Source: Nanobdella aerobiophila
GTDB lineage: Archaea; Nanobdellota; Nanobdellia; Nanobdellales; Nanobdellaceae
Reading direction: 5' to 3'
Length of the DNA: 32,000 nt
NCBI RefSeq assembly: GCF_023169545.1
Contig: NZ_AP019769.1
Span: 630,001-662,000 of the forward strand
Shown: positions 8,634 through 17,857 of the stretch, in pieces
How the letters are laid out: every line of letters starts with the position of its first letter
Position numbering within the stretch: the first letter of the stretch is position 1
Notes under the pieces: generated by a model
The model's database searches: none
The model's input: only the letters and a program-made list of their open reading frames with translations
What the model was told of the DNA's origin: nothing
Translations under genes and position numbers: made by a program

Positions 8634-9602
8634 TTGAGAGATGGAAATAGTATATTCGATATAAATAAGTATTATGATAATAGAAAAAGATATTCTAAAT
8701 TTATATCAAAGATTATAAACATAGACGAAAAGAGGATAAGAGACGATAAAAATGAAAGATTTGAAAAAGAACTAAAGAATTCACTGGAGAACATAAAAAA
8801 TATAATGATAAGAGAAGGGTATTTAAAAGAAGACGGACAATTATCTGAACAAAGTTTAAGATTATATGCAAAAGAGATAATTGGCGATATAGAAAAAGAA
8901 ATATCTGGAATATTTGAGTATGGAAAATTTTATTCTAATAATATAGGAAAAGATGAATATCTATTCGGAAAAAACTTTGGCATAGGTGATAAATATAACG
9001 AAATTGATATTAAAAATACTATAAGAGAATATATTAAAAATAGAGATATAAAATTTATTGTAGAAAAGAAAAGAGAAAATAAGGGCGGTAAATATATAAT
9101 ATTGCTAGATATATCTGGAAGCATGATAGGAAAAAAGATATATGAAGCTAAAAAGGCACTAATTGTATTGATAGAAAAAATATTGATAGATAATAACGCC
9201 GTCGATCTAATATTATTTAACGATAAATCAATAAAGAAATATTATAATATAAATAAAATAGAAAATATTATAGATATATTAAAGCTTGTTCCTAATGGTA
9301 GCACAGACATCGCCTCCACACTATATGAAGTATATAATGATATAGATAGTTTTTCACATATAATAATCATTACTGATGCATTGCCTACATATGGAGAAAA
9401 ACCTATTGATAGAACATTAGAAATTACAAAGATAATAAGTAATAAAGCATATATATCAATAATTGGTATAGGATTAAATCAGGAGGGAGAGAGGATAGCA
9501 AAACTTATAACTAAATATGGAAATGGAAGATTATTTATAACTAAAAATATAGAAGACTTGAAAAAATTAGTTCTTATAGAATATGAATTGTCTAAATTAT
9601 AG
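8634..9602 (+). CDS. VWA-domain protein (BchD/CoxE-like partner of MoxR)
   Basis: MIDAS motif LLDISGSMIGKKI, then SFSHIIIITDALPTYGEKP. The listed start is TTG. The frame is open back to about 8532 with no ATG, so the true start is uncertain. Confidence 0.85.
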   Translation: MRDGNSIFDINKYYDNRKRYSKFISKIINIDEKRIRDDKNERFEKELKNSLENIKNIMIREGYLKEDGQLSEQSLRLYAKEIIGDIEKEISGIFEYGKFYSNNIGKDEYLFGKNFGIGDKYNEIDIKNTIREYIKNRDIKFIVEKKRENKGGKYIILLDISGSMIGKKIYEAKKALIVLIEKILIDNNAVDLILFNDKSIKKYYNINKIENIIDILKLVPNGSTDIASTLYEVYNDIDSFSHIIIITDALPTYGEKPIDRTLEITKIISNKAYISIIGIGLNQEGERIAKLITKYGNGRLFITKNIEDLKKLVLIEYELSKL

Positions 9603-10149
9603 ACTTTAATATGTCTTTTTCAGCTATATTTTCTCCCAAATATTTCTTATATTTTCCAGATAATTTTTTCTTAGCTACCTCCAAATAAAAGTCTATATTT
9701 TTCATAAATTCTAGTTTATTGAAATATATAGATAATACAATATCTTTATAATGTATTTGGGCTGCTCTAGTATATGGTTTTCCAAAAGATAGTCTCATTC
9801 CTTGTGAAATCCTGTCCGCACCTGCACCATATACTAATGAATGCTCTCTTACCACATGATGCGGATATTTTCTTACAATAAATAAGAATTCTTTTACTTC
9901 TTCTTCTAGATATTTTGTTAAATTTGTTCTAACAGATTCTAAAGCATAATCAGATAATTGTATTGTTTCTATAGAAATTATGTGCCCTGCATATTTCCAT
10001 TGGTCTATTGGTACACTCTTCAATCCCATTATATTCATTCTTAATTTTGATACTGGAGATCCTGGTATTTTATTATGCTTCTTACTATATGAAAATCTTG
10101 TATATGGTCTTTCAATTTCTTTAAATATTCTCCAAGGCCTTTTTGCCAT
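9592..10149 (-). CDS. Ribosomal protein L10e (uL16 family)
   Basis: MAKRPWRIFKEIERPYTR...SKKHNKIPGSPVSKLRMNIMG...YPHHVVREHSLVYGAGADRISQGMRLSFGKP. Confidence 0.95.
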   Translation of the reverse strand: MAKRPWRIFKEIERPYTRFSYSKKHNKIPGSPVSKLRMNIMGLKSVPIDQWKYAGHIISIETIQLSDYALESVRTNLTKYLEEEVKEFLFIVRKYPHHVVREHSLVYGAGADRISQGMRLSFGKPYTRAAQIHYKDIVLSIYFNKLEFMKNIDFYLEVAKKKLSGKYKKYLGENIAEKDILKSII

Positions 10150-10628
10150 TATAACATTCTTTTCAACAATATATTTATATCTTTGCCATAATAACCATAA
10201 GCGCCACCATGTTTATAATCGAACTTTATTCCCTTCCTTTTATAGCCTCCTTTTGGTGGAACCAGTCTAAAGAATGGTTTTATATCTTGTATATCATTCA
10301 TATTTATCTCTGAATTGTATAATTTTTCAACAAATTCATCAAAACTCATTTTTAACTTATCCTTTATATAATCTTCTGTCAATTTTTTATTTCCTTTTAT
10401 TCTCCCTCTATTCAATAACAATTCTTTTAATGTATCTCTATCTATTTCCCCCCATGCTACCCAGGGTTCTACTTTTCTTACCATATTTACTATAGAATCT
10501 GTCTTATCAAGTATAACTGCATAGTTATTTCTTCTCAACCTTAGTAAATACAATGTATCCTTTATCTCTTTTTTCGCTTTATTTGTTCCTCTAATTCTTA
10601 TAACTATGATCTTCTCCATTTTATGCAA
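10149..10628 (-). CDS. Ribosomal protein L30 (uL30)
   Basis: IIVIRIRGTNKAKKEIKDTLYLLRLRRNNYAVILD and a C-terminal FRLVPPKGGYKRKGIKFDYKHGGAYGYYG. Confidence 0.92.
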   Translation of the reverse strand: MHKMEKIIVIRIRGTNKAKKEIKDTLYLLRLRRNNYAVILDKTDSIVNMVRKVEPWVAWGEIDRDTLKELLLNRGRIKGNKKLTEDYIKDKLKMSFDEFVEKLYNSEINMNDIQDIKPFFRLVPPKGGYKRKGIKFDYKHGGAYGYYGKDINILLKRML

Positions 10629-11379
10629 ATCCTATCTTTATTCCCGATATCTCTTTATATTCTGGCCTTATTCTATAATCTAGAGTCTTCTTTAGTGCAT
10701 TATATGTAGCTACAGCAAAATTAATCCTCTTTCTTGTCTGACCAAATGATTTCATCCATAGATCTCTTATACCTGCAAGCTTTAATATTTTCTTCATTTC
10801 TTCAGAGGCGACAAGACCGATACCTTTTGGAGCTGGCAATAATGTTACTCTAACAGAACCTGAACTTCCATCTACCCTATAGGGCAAAGAATGCGGTGTC
10901 CTACAAGAACATTCCCAAGAACCGCATCCCCTGGCAATTGGAATTATGTTTAATTTTGCAATCCTCAATGCTTTCTCCATGGATAATTGAACATCCCAAG
11001 ATTTTCCAACTCCAACACCTATATACCCATTTTCATTTCCGACTGCCGCGATAGAGACCCAAGATGTCTTATTACCCTCGGCAGTCTTCCTTTGAACCAT
11101 TTTTACCAATTTTGGTCTCCTATATTTTCCCCTTGACAATGATAATTTTATATAATTATATTTTAGATTTGGTAACAATATATCCACAACCTCTGGCTCT
11201 AATATCTTGTATCCTTGAGAAAATACCTGTTCTATTGATGTTATTTTTCCTTCCTTAACCAATTTTCCTAATTTGGTTTTTGGATTCCAAGAATCTAAGT
11301 CATTATTCGTATTATCTATCTTTTTTAATGTTTCATTTTCTTTTTCTTCAGCTTTTTCTAATATATCATTATCTACCAT
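10621..11379 (-). CDS. Ribosomal protein S5 (uS5)
   Basis: VGVGKSWDVQLSMEKALRIAKLNIIPIARGCGSWECSCRTPHSLPYRVDGSSGSVRVTLLPAPKGIGLVA. Confidence 0.96.
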   Translation of the reverse strand: MVDNDILEKAEEKENETLKKIDNTNNDLDSWNPKTKLGKLVKEGKITSIEQVFSQGYKILEPEVVDILLPNLKYNYIKLSLSRGKYRRPKLVKMVQRKTAEGNKTSWVSIAAVGNENGYIGVGVGKSWDVQLSMEKALRIAKLNIIPIARGCGSWECSCRTPHSLPYRVDGSSGSVRVTLLPAPKGIGLVASEEMKKILKLAGIRDLWMKSFGQTRKRINFAVATYNALKKTLDYRIRPEYKEISGIKIGFA

Positions 11380-11537
11380 TTTCTATCTAATTTATAACTC
11401 CATGAATATGCCCTTAATTTACTAGTCCTCCCGAAACCACAATGTGAACAGTATCCCTTATCTGGATTATATGTCATTCTCCCACATCTTCTACATATAA
11501 CATGATTCTTTTTATTTACGCCACCAGTCGTAGTCAT
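11373..11537 (-). CDS. Ribosomal protein L37e (54 aa, not in supplied ORF track)
   Basis: Manual translation MTTTGGVNKKNHVICRRCGRMTYNPDKGYCSHCGFGRTSKLRAYSWSYKLDRKW*. CxxC...CxxC zinc ribbon with CRRCGR, GYCSHCGFG and RAYSW motifs. Overlaps S5 by 7 nt. Confidence 0.93.
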   Translation of the reverse strand: MTTTGGVNKKNHVICRRCGRMTYNPDKGYCSHCGFGRTSKLRAYSWSYKLDRKW

Positions 11538-11625
11538 TTATCATGATATATATAATAAGTTTTATAAAAGATATTGAAAGATAAATTTTCAGTATAATTA
11601 TGAATCTTTTTATTATAAAATTTTT

Positions 11626-12036
11626 ATGGAAAAAAATAAAAGTACATCATATAATATAAACTTATATCCATTTATAGAACTTCTGGTAACGATTGGCGTT
11701 TTGATTGAACTTTATATTAATAACATGAGTTTTTATATGATTTATAGTATTTGCCTACCAATAATGGCAATTATTATACTAATATATATAAATAATAACG
11801 GAAAATTTCGATATAACTTAAAATATATTTCAAAATTTTCGGATTATATATCTAATTTTTATATTTACATATTTATTATTTCTTTATTATTAGCTATAAT
11901 ATTATTAATCTTATATTATTCTTTTAACAAATACATAGATATATTTTCATCTATAATAGAATTATTATCCATATTAGAAGGCACGATTGTTATAAGTTTA
12001 ATGACTAGCAAAGTAAAAAATTATCAAAAATATTAA
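11626..12036 (+). CDS. Small multi-pass membrane protein (136 aa)
   Basis: About four hydrophobic helices. Abuts the downstream glycosyltransferase start (12038). Confidence 0.7.
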   Translation: MEKNKSTSYNINLYPFIELLVTIGVLIELYINNMSFYMIYSICLPIMAIIILIYINNNGKFRYNLKYISKFSDYISNFYIYIFIISLLLAIILLILYYSFNKYIDIFSSIIELLSILEGTIVISLMTSKVKNYQKY

Positions 12037-12037
12037 A

Positions 12038-13090
12038 ATGAATATATCTATTATAATACCTACTTTAAATGAAAAAAATAATATCAAAGAATTAATTGAA
12101 AGGATAGAAAATACATTAAAGAATATTCCTTATGAAATTATTTTTATTGATGATGGATCAAAAGATGGAACTATTGATGAAATAAACAAATATAAAAATA
12201 ATAATGTAATTTTAATTGAAAGAGGGAGTAAAAAAGGATTGGGATCTGCATTTATTGATGGATTAAAGATATCTAAAGGTAAATATATAGTTTTAATGGA
12301 TGCAGATTTACAACATCCTCCAGAATTATTAATTGAATTATATAATAATATAAAAGATTACGATCTAGTAATTGCATCAAGATATATAAAAGGCGGATCT
12401 GTTGAAAATTGGAATATAATAAGAAAAATAATATCAAAAGGTGCTATATTTATTTCTCATTTATTATTACCTGAAACAAAAAAAATAAAAGATACAATGT
12501 CAGGTTATTTTATTATTAGAAAAGAATTATTAAATGATTTTAATGTAACGGATCCTCATGAGTATAAAGTATTATTAGATATTTTGGTAAAAATAAAGCC
12601 TGAGAAAATTTTAGAAATTCCTTATATATTTAAAGAAAGAAAATATGGAAAATCAAAATTAGGTAAAAAAATAATATTTGGATATTTAAAACAGGTATTA
12701 AAATTATTTTCCTGGGAACAATTTATTAAATTTAATTTGGTTGGTATATCAGGTATTTTTATTAATTTAGGTTCTCTATATTTATTATACAATTTTTTAC
12801 CATTTTATTTATCTTCATTTTTAGCAATTTTTATTTCAATAATATGGGTATTCATTTTTAATGACATTTGGGTATTTAGAGAAGAGAGGAAATATAAAAA
12901 ATTCTGGAAAAGATTTATTGAATTTGTAGGAGGTAGAAGTATTATATCAAAACCTGTACAATATTTAATAGCTTTAGGATTTTATTATATATTCGGCATA
13001 AATTATATAATATCACAATTAATAGGAATAATTATTGCTGCAATAATAAATTGGTTTTATACAAAAAATTATGTATATCGGATTTCATGA
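12038..13090 (+). CDS. Dolichol-phosphate mannosyltransferase-like GT2 fused to GtrA-like membrane domain
   Basis: ISIIIPTLNEKNNIKELIERIE, DDGSKDGT, VLMDADLQHPPE, ASRYIKGGSVENW, followed by a four-TM GtrA-like C-terminus (QFIKFNLVGISGIFINLGSLYLLYNF...YFYTKNYVYR type). Confidence 0.9.
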   Translation: MNISIIIPTLNEKNNIKELIERIENTLKNIPYEIIFIDDGSKDGTIDEINKYKNNNVILIERGSKKGLGSAFIDGLKISKGKYIVLMDADLQHPPELLIELYNNIKDYDLVIASRYIKGGSVENWNIIRKIISKGAIFISHLLLPETKKIKDTMSGYFIIRKELLNDFNVTDPHEYKVLLDILVKIKPEKILEIPYIFKERKYGKSKLGKKIIFGYLKQVLKLFSWEQFIKFNLVGISGIFINLGSLYLLYNFLPFYLSSFLAIFISIIWVFIFNDIWVFREERKYKKFWKRFIEFVGGRSIISKPVQYLIALGFYYIFGINYIISQLIGIIIAAIINWFYTKNYVYRIS

Positions 13091-13422
13091 ACAATATCTC
13101 CATATGACCTCTGAAGTATAATATAAATTGCAATATCATTAGAGTTATTTGAAAATGATATACTAATACTATCATATCATAGTCATTCTCTAAATAAGCT
13201 ATTATCTATCCTATTTACAGATCTTTTACTAGATAGATTGTTATTGTTTTGAATGCTTTATTCATCTGCTAAAGATCCTTATTTATAAAGATTCAATAGT
13301 TCTGACAAGCCCTTACATGATTTTAAAAACCCATACAAGTCCCGCATACACTATAATCACAAAAAATATTTTTTACATAAGGTCATAGTTAACTTAAATA
13401 TTTGTAAGTATTGTAAAAAATA

Positions 13423-13872
13423 ATGGACGAAGATTTAATCGTTATTAAAATTTATAATTATACGACCAGATCCTTAAGGTCCATAATGAGCATAATATCC
13501 TATATAATATTAATAGGCTTCATAATGTATTTATCAATCTATAATTACATTTTAATATTTATATTTTCTGTCATAACTATAATATCATTTTATATTAAAA
13601 ATATAATAAAAAAGGAAAGGCCAATAGATAAATTTGATATAGAAAGAAAAAATATAATAGATAACTTTTCATTTCCGAGTATTCACACAATATTATCCAT
13701 TTTTATATTCTTTATAACAATAAATCCCATAATATTAATAGTCCCTATCTTAAGGGTCTTATCTCTAAGACATTATATTGTAGATGTATTATATTCTTCA
13801 TTTATCGGAATTTCTATATATTTACTATATTATATTTTATATTATCAACATTTTATTATATTTCGATGGTAA
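13423..13872 (+). CDS. PAP2-superfamily membrane phosphatase
   Basis: KKERPIDKF, SFPSIHT and SLRHYIVDVLYSSFIG match the KX6RP-PSGH-SRXXXXXHXXXD-like pattern; multi-TM protein. Confidence 0.75.
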   Translation: MDEDLIVIKIYNYTTRSLRSIMSIISYIILIGFIMYLSIYNYILIFIFSVITIISFYIKNIIKKERPIDKFDIERKNIIDNFSFPSIHTILSIFIFFITINPIILIVPILRVLSLRHYIVDVLYSSFIGISIYLLYYILYYQHFIIFRW

Positions 13873-13914
13873 AAAATATCAAAAATTGTTATTATTCCAT
13901 AACAAAATGACAGG

Positions 13915-15192
13915 TTATTTATAAATAATATTTTTAATATTATCTAGTTCTTCAATTTTTATATTTATTCTTTCTTTTGTCTCTCTATCTTGTAATAATA
14001 CAAAGCCATTTTTAATCTCTTTTTCCCCCACAATTAGCAGATATCTAATATCTTTATCTACTGCATATTTTATTTGTTTATTAAAATCTCTACTCATAAT
14101 ATCTATATAACAATTTATACCAATAGATCTTAATTTATTACATATACTCCATGCGTCTTTTAATGTATTATTAAAATATACCACTACTAGATCTGTATAT
14201 GTCTTTTTTTTCATCTTAAATATCTTTAATTCTATACCCGCATCAATTAACCTCTCTATTCCTATACTACCTCCAACTGCTGGTATATCTCTATTAGAAA
14301 ATTTTCCTATAAGATTATCATACCTACCACCACCTGCTAAAGAACCGATCTTAGGTTCATCGACTCTTGCCTCAAATATCATACCAGTATAATAATCCAA
14401 TCCTCTTACTAAAGATAAAGATAATTCTACATTTTTTTTATCTACTAATAAATCAAAGATATTATTATTATAATTTATCAGTTCATTTAGATCATTAAAT
14501 TTTGACAAATAATCGATTAGTTCCTGATCCTTCAGTTGTATTATATTTATTATTTTATTAGATGTATCTGTATCTAATATAGAATTCAGTTCCTTTTCTA
14601 CGTTTTCTATACCTATCTTATCTAACTTATCTATAATATTATATACTTTAAATATTTTATCCTGATTTATTGATAATAATTTTTCAAATATGTACCTTAA
14701 AAATTCTCTATTATTTATTATAATCTTGTAATTATTGAATTTAAATTCCTTAAAAACTTCAATTACTAGATTTATTATTTCTGCATCACTTGTGTACTCC
14801 CTTGATCCTATTATGTCGAAATCCGCCTGATAGAACTCTCTATACCTCCCTTTTTGGGGATTATCGTACCTATAAGACTTATCAATTACATATCTCTTAA
14901 ATGGGAGTGGGAATTGAAATCTAGAATAGAATCTTGCCAAAGGAATAGTATGATCATATCTTAATGAGTATTCTTTATCAGAATAAGGTAGTCTAAATCT
15001 CCATATTAATTTATTTTCTGCTTCTTCGCCATATTTTCCTTTTAGTATATCCCAATATTCTACTGTCGATGTCTCTATAGGATCAAAGCCGTATCTAATA
15101 AAAATTTTTTCTATCCTATTAAAAATTTTCTTTCTTAATATCTTTATCTCTGGAGTAAAGTCCCTCAAACCTGCAGGTGGTTCTAAATTCAT
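13915..15192 (-). CDS. hisS: Histidyl-tRNA synthetase
   Basis: PPAGLRDFTPE, LRYDHTIPLARFYSRF, YRYDNPQKGRYREFYQADFDIIG, GLDYYTGMIFEA, GGRYDNLI, GGSIGIERL. Confidence 0.96.
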   Translation of the reverse strand: MNLEPPAGLRDFTPEIKILRKKIFNRIEKIFIRYGFDPIETSTVEYWDILKGKYGEEAENKLIWRFRLPYSDKEYSLRYDHTIPLARFYSRFQFPLPFKRYVIDKSYRYDNPQKGRYREFYQADFDIIGSREYTSDAEIINLVIEVFKEFKFNNYKIIINNREFLRYIFEKLLSINQDKIFKVYNIIDKLDKIGIENVEKELNSILDTDTSNKIINIIQLKDQELIDYLSKFNDLNELINYNNNIFDLLVDKKNVELSLSLVRGLDYYTGMIFEARVDEPKIGSLAGGGRYDNLIGKFSNRDIPAVGGSIGIERLIDAGIELKIFKMKKKTYTDLVVVYFNNTLKDAWSICNKLRSIGINCYIDIMSRDFNKQIKYAVDKDIRYLLIVGEKEIKNGFVLLQDRETKERINIKIEELDNIKNIIYK

Positions 15193-15233
15193 TATAATAT
15201 TTTAAAAATATTCTTTAATAAGATATTTCTATC

Positions 15234-15680
15234 ATGGTTGTTCATAGAAGGAAAAAATATAGGAAATCATTAGGATCAAGATATGCTAGAAGAGGGAATA
15301 GTGATAGAAATAGAGGAAAAGGAAATAAAGGTGGAGCTGGATTTTCTGGATGGAGATTTAAGAAACAGAAATATATAAAAATAATAAAAGAATTTCCAGA
15401 AAAGCTGGAGGACAAAAAAGGATTTACAAACCCAAGATATAATAAACAAAAGACCTACATAAATTTAAGAGATATTAATAATTATTTTGATTTATTATTA
15501 GAAGAGGGTATATTAAAAGAGGAAAATAATGTATATATATTAAATTTAAATGAATTAAATATAGATAAATTATTAGGAACTGGAAAAATTGATAAGAAAA
15601 TGACTATAATAGTAAAAGAAGCTTCAGAAAATGCAATAGAAAAGGTTAAAAATATAGGTGGAGAAGTTATAATTCAATAA
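15234..15680 (+). CDS. Ribosomal protein L15 (uL15)
   Basis: RGNSDRNRGKGNKGGAGFSGWRFKKQKY and a C-terminal AIEKVKNIGGEVI. Confidence 0.88.
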   Translation: MVVHRRKKYRKSLGSRYARRGNSDRNRGKGNKGGAGFSGWRFKKQKYIKIIKEFPEKLEDKKGFTNPRYNKQKTYINLRDINNYFDLLLEEGILKEENNVYILNLNELNIDKLLGTGKIDKKMTIIVKEASENAIEKVKNIGGEVIIQ

Positions 15681-16129
15681 TGGACTTATCTTCAAAGAAG
15701 AGGATAGCAGCGGATATATTAAATGTAGGTATAGATAGGGTTTGGATAGACCCTAATAAACTAGAAGATGTTCAAAAGGCATTGAGCAGACAAGATATAA
15801 AGGACCTAATAGATAAGGGAATAATAAGGTCCAAGCAAATAAAAGGACAATCAAGAGTTTTAGCTAGATATAAGCAACTACAAAGACTTAAAGGTAGAAG
15901 GAGAGGTATAGGAAATAGAAAAGGAACAAAAAAGGCTAGAAACAACAAAAAAGAAAAGTGGATGATAAAAATAAGGGCAATAAGGAGATTAATAAAACAA
16001 TTAAAATCTGAAAACAAAATAGATAGATCGACATATAGAATTATATATAATAAATCGAAAAGTGGAGCCTTTAGAAACAAGAGACACATATTAACATATC
16101 TAAAAGAGACAGGTATATTAAAAGAATAA
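15680..16129 (+). CDS. Ribosomal protein L19e (eL19)
   Basis: MDLSSKKRIAADILNVGIDRVWIDPNKLEDVQKALSRQDIKDLIDKGII...KGRRRGIGNRKGTKKAR. Confidence 0.95.
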   Translation: MDLSSKKRIAADILNVGIDRVWIDPNKLEDVQKALSRQDIKDLIDKGIIRSKQIKGQSRVLARYKQLQRLKGRRRGIGNRKGTKKARNNKKEKWMIKIRAIRRLIKQLKSENKIDRSTYRIIYNKSKSGAFRNKRHILTYLKETGILKE

Positions 16130-16135
16130 TTTCTA

Positions 16136-16210
16136 TGCCCCCACCGGGATTTGAACCCGGGTCACAGGGGTGAGGACCCTGTATCCTTGACCGGACTAGA
16201 AGATAGGGGC
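16136..16210 (-). tRNA. tRNA-Glu (CTC), atypical C at position 33
   Basis: GCCCCTATCTTCTAGTCCGGTCAAGGATACAGGGTCCTCACCCCTGTGACCCGGGTTCAAATCCCGGTGGGGGCA. 7-bp acceptor, CAGGG/CCCTG anticodon stem with loop UCCUCAC, T-arm CCGGG/CCCGG. CCA not encoded. Confidence 0.88.
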
Positions 16211-16242
16211 GATTTATTTTTTATTTATAATATATTTAAAAA

Positions 16243-16527
16243 TTATGGATTCTTAAATATATACTCTGTTCCATTTTCCATAATAACTATATTAGTCCCA
16301 TTATAATAACATATTATATTTTCCTCTAAACAGATGTTATAATATGTATTATTTATTATAAATGATTCATTTGGATACAATAATAGCTTTACATAAAAAT
16401 CCTGGCCAATATAATAACCAAAATTGTTTTTATAATAATAATTATTATCAAATTTTGACAAAAACACTAGAGTAATAAATAATATTAATACTAGATATAA
16501 TAATATAAATTGAGATTTCATTTCCAA
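16243..16527 (-). CDS. Single-TM secreted/surface protein (94 aa), sequon-containing
   Basis: N-terminal hydrophobic helix FILLYLVLILFITLVFL, then an exported-type domain with NES, NNT, NGT sequons. Confidence 0.65.
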   Translation of the reverse strand: MEMKSQFILLYLVLILFITLVFLSKFDNNYYYKNNFGYYIGQDFYVKLLLYPNESFIINNTYYNICLEENIICYYNGTNIVIMENGTEYIFKNP

Positions 16528-16862
16528 TAAATATTTACATAATATATTGTGCCATTTAATATGAAAAAATCCTCTATGCCTTGATCAGTCTGATTAAGTG
16601 GAATATTATAAAAATATGTTATATTATCTATTTCCACATAATAATACGGTAATATACTGCTAACAATTTGATACAAAGAAGAATTCAACTGAATTGTATT
16701 ATTCAAATCTTGATAATTTATAGAAATTAATGAAGAATATAGATCATCTTTAATATAACCCCTTGTATAATATACACTATAAAAGTTTGAGGTTAATAAG
16801 AAGTACATAATAATTATTAAAATTACCAATTCTATAAATATTGTAATATTAAATGACCTCAT
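16518..16862 (-). CDS. Single-TM surface protein (114 aa), sequon-containing
   Basis: N-terminal helix IFIELVILIIIMYFLL. Overlaps neighbours by a few nt (operon). Confidence 0.65.
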   Translation of the reverse strand: MRSFNITIFIELVILIIIMYFLLTSNFYSVYYTRGYIKDDLYSSLISINYQDLNNTIQLNSSLYQIVSSILPYYYVEIDNITYFYNIPLNQTDQGIEDFFILNGTIYYVNIYWK

Positions 16863-17239
16863 GATACTAAAACCTCAACCAGGTATAACGAATGATCATA
16901 AAAACATACTCGCCTAAATTCTATATAATTATTAGTCACATTTTCCCCATAAAAAAATTTTTGACCATTACTTAGATTTTCATATATTATTTCATATGGT
17001 TGAGAACTCAAGTTATCTATATATAAAGAATTAAAATTGTTTAAAGTTAAATTACATGTATTATCTGTTATATAATTAGTCAAATATTCCATTATATTCC
17101 TACCGGTCATAAATTGTATATAACTGTTTTGATAATTAAAATTTATTCTATATATAAATGTCAATTTATCCAGAATTAATAAACTAGCTAAAAATATAGT
17201 TAATGATACAATTAGCAATTCAAAAAATCGATCTAGCAT
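16859..17239 (-). CDS. Single-TM surface protein (126 aa), sequon-containing
   Basis: N-terminal helix LLIVSLTIFLASLLIL; multiple NLT/NLS/NVT sequons. Confidence 0.65.
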   Translation of the reverse strand: MLDRFFELLIVSLTIFLASLLILDKLTFIYRINFNYQNSYIQFMTGRNIMEYLTNYITDNTCNLTLNNFNSLYIDNLSSQPYEIIYENLSNGQKFFYGENVTNNYIEFRRVCFYDHSLYLVEVLVS

Positions 17240-17281
17240 ATAAATATATATCTTATAAATATTTTTATATATAAGATCCTT

Positions 17282-17857
17282 ATGAACTCAAAGATAGTAT
17301 CATTATTAAAAGAGAATAAAAAGATAGTTACATTCAAAGCAACAAATGTTCCAATATCCAGAAAGGATTCTGAAGAAGTTGGGAGATTTATAAAATACCT
17401 CCCAATACCAAGAGCAAAGAAGTTATTAGAAGATGTACTAAGCTTTAGATTGGCCATACCTTATTATAGATATAATAAAAAACAGCCACATCATAAAAAT
17501 GTATCAGGTAAGGTAAAATATGGTAGGTATCCTATAAAAACAATTAAATATTATTTGAAATTTTTATCTTCACTAGAAAATAATGCCAAAGTATTAGGAT
17601 TGGATCCAAGCAAGGTCATAATAGTATCCGTAGAGCCTTCCAAAGGTAATAAATATCCTGCCAGATTGAGAGTAACAAAATATAAAACAGGAGAGGGAGG
17701 AATAAAGAGAGTTCTTATATCAGTAAGAAAAAAAGTATCTCATATAAAGATATATGCTTTATACATAGAGTCCATAGATACAACAAAAAAATTAAAGAAA
17801 AAGGCATTAAAAAATATTGTAAAAGAAATTATAAAAGAATGGCAGCAAAAAATATAG
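17282..17857 (+). CDS. Ribosomal protein L22 (uL22)
   Basis: TFKATNVPISRKDSEEVGRFIKYLPIPRAKKLLEDVL, QPHHKN, GRYPIKTIKYYLKFLSSLENNA, RLRVTKYKTGEGGIKRVLISVRKKVSHI. Confidence 0.9.
   Translation: MNSKIVSLLKENKKIVTFKATNVPISRKDSEEVGRFIKYLPIPRAKKLLEDVLSFRLAIPYYRYNKKQPHHKNVSGKVKYGRYPIKTIKYYLKFLSSLENNAKVLGLDPSKVIIVSVEPSKGNKYPARLRVTKYKTGEGGIKRVLISVRKKVSHIKIYALYIESIDTTKKLKKKALKNIVKEIIKEWQQKI

Noticed and set aside
8930-11258. ORFs 8930..9124(-), 9980..10270(+), 10274..10495(+), 11064..11258(+)
   Set aside because: Antisense to the VWA and ribosomal protein genes; spurious.
15772-17457. ORFs 15772..16089(-) and 17233..17457(-)
   Set aside because: Antisense to L19e and L22.
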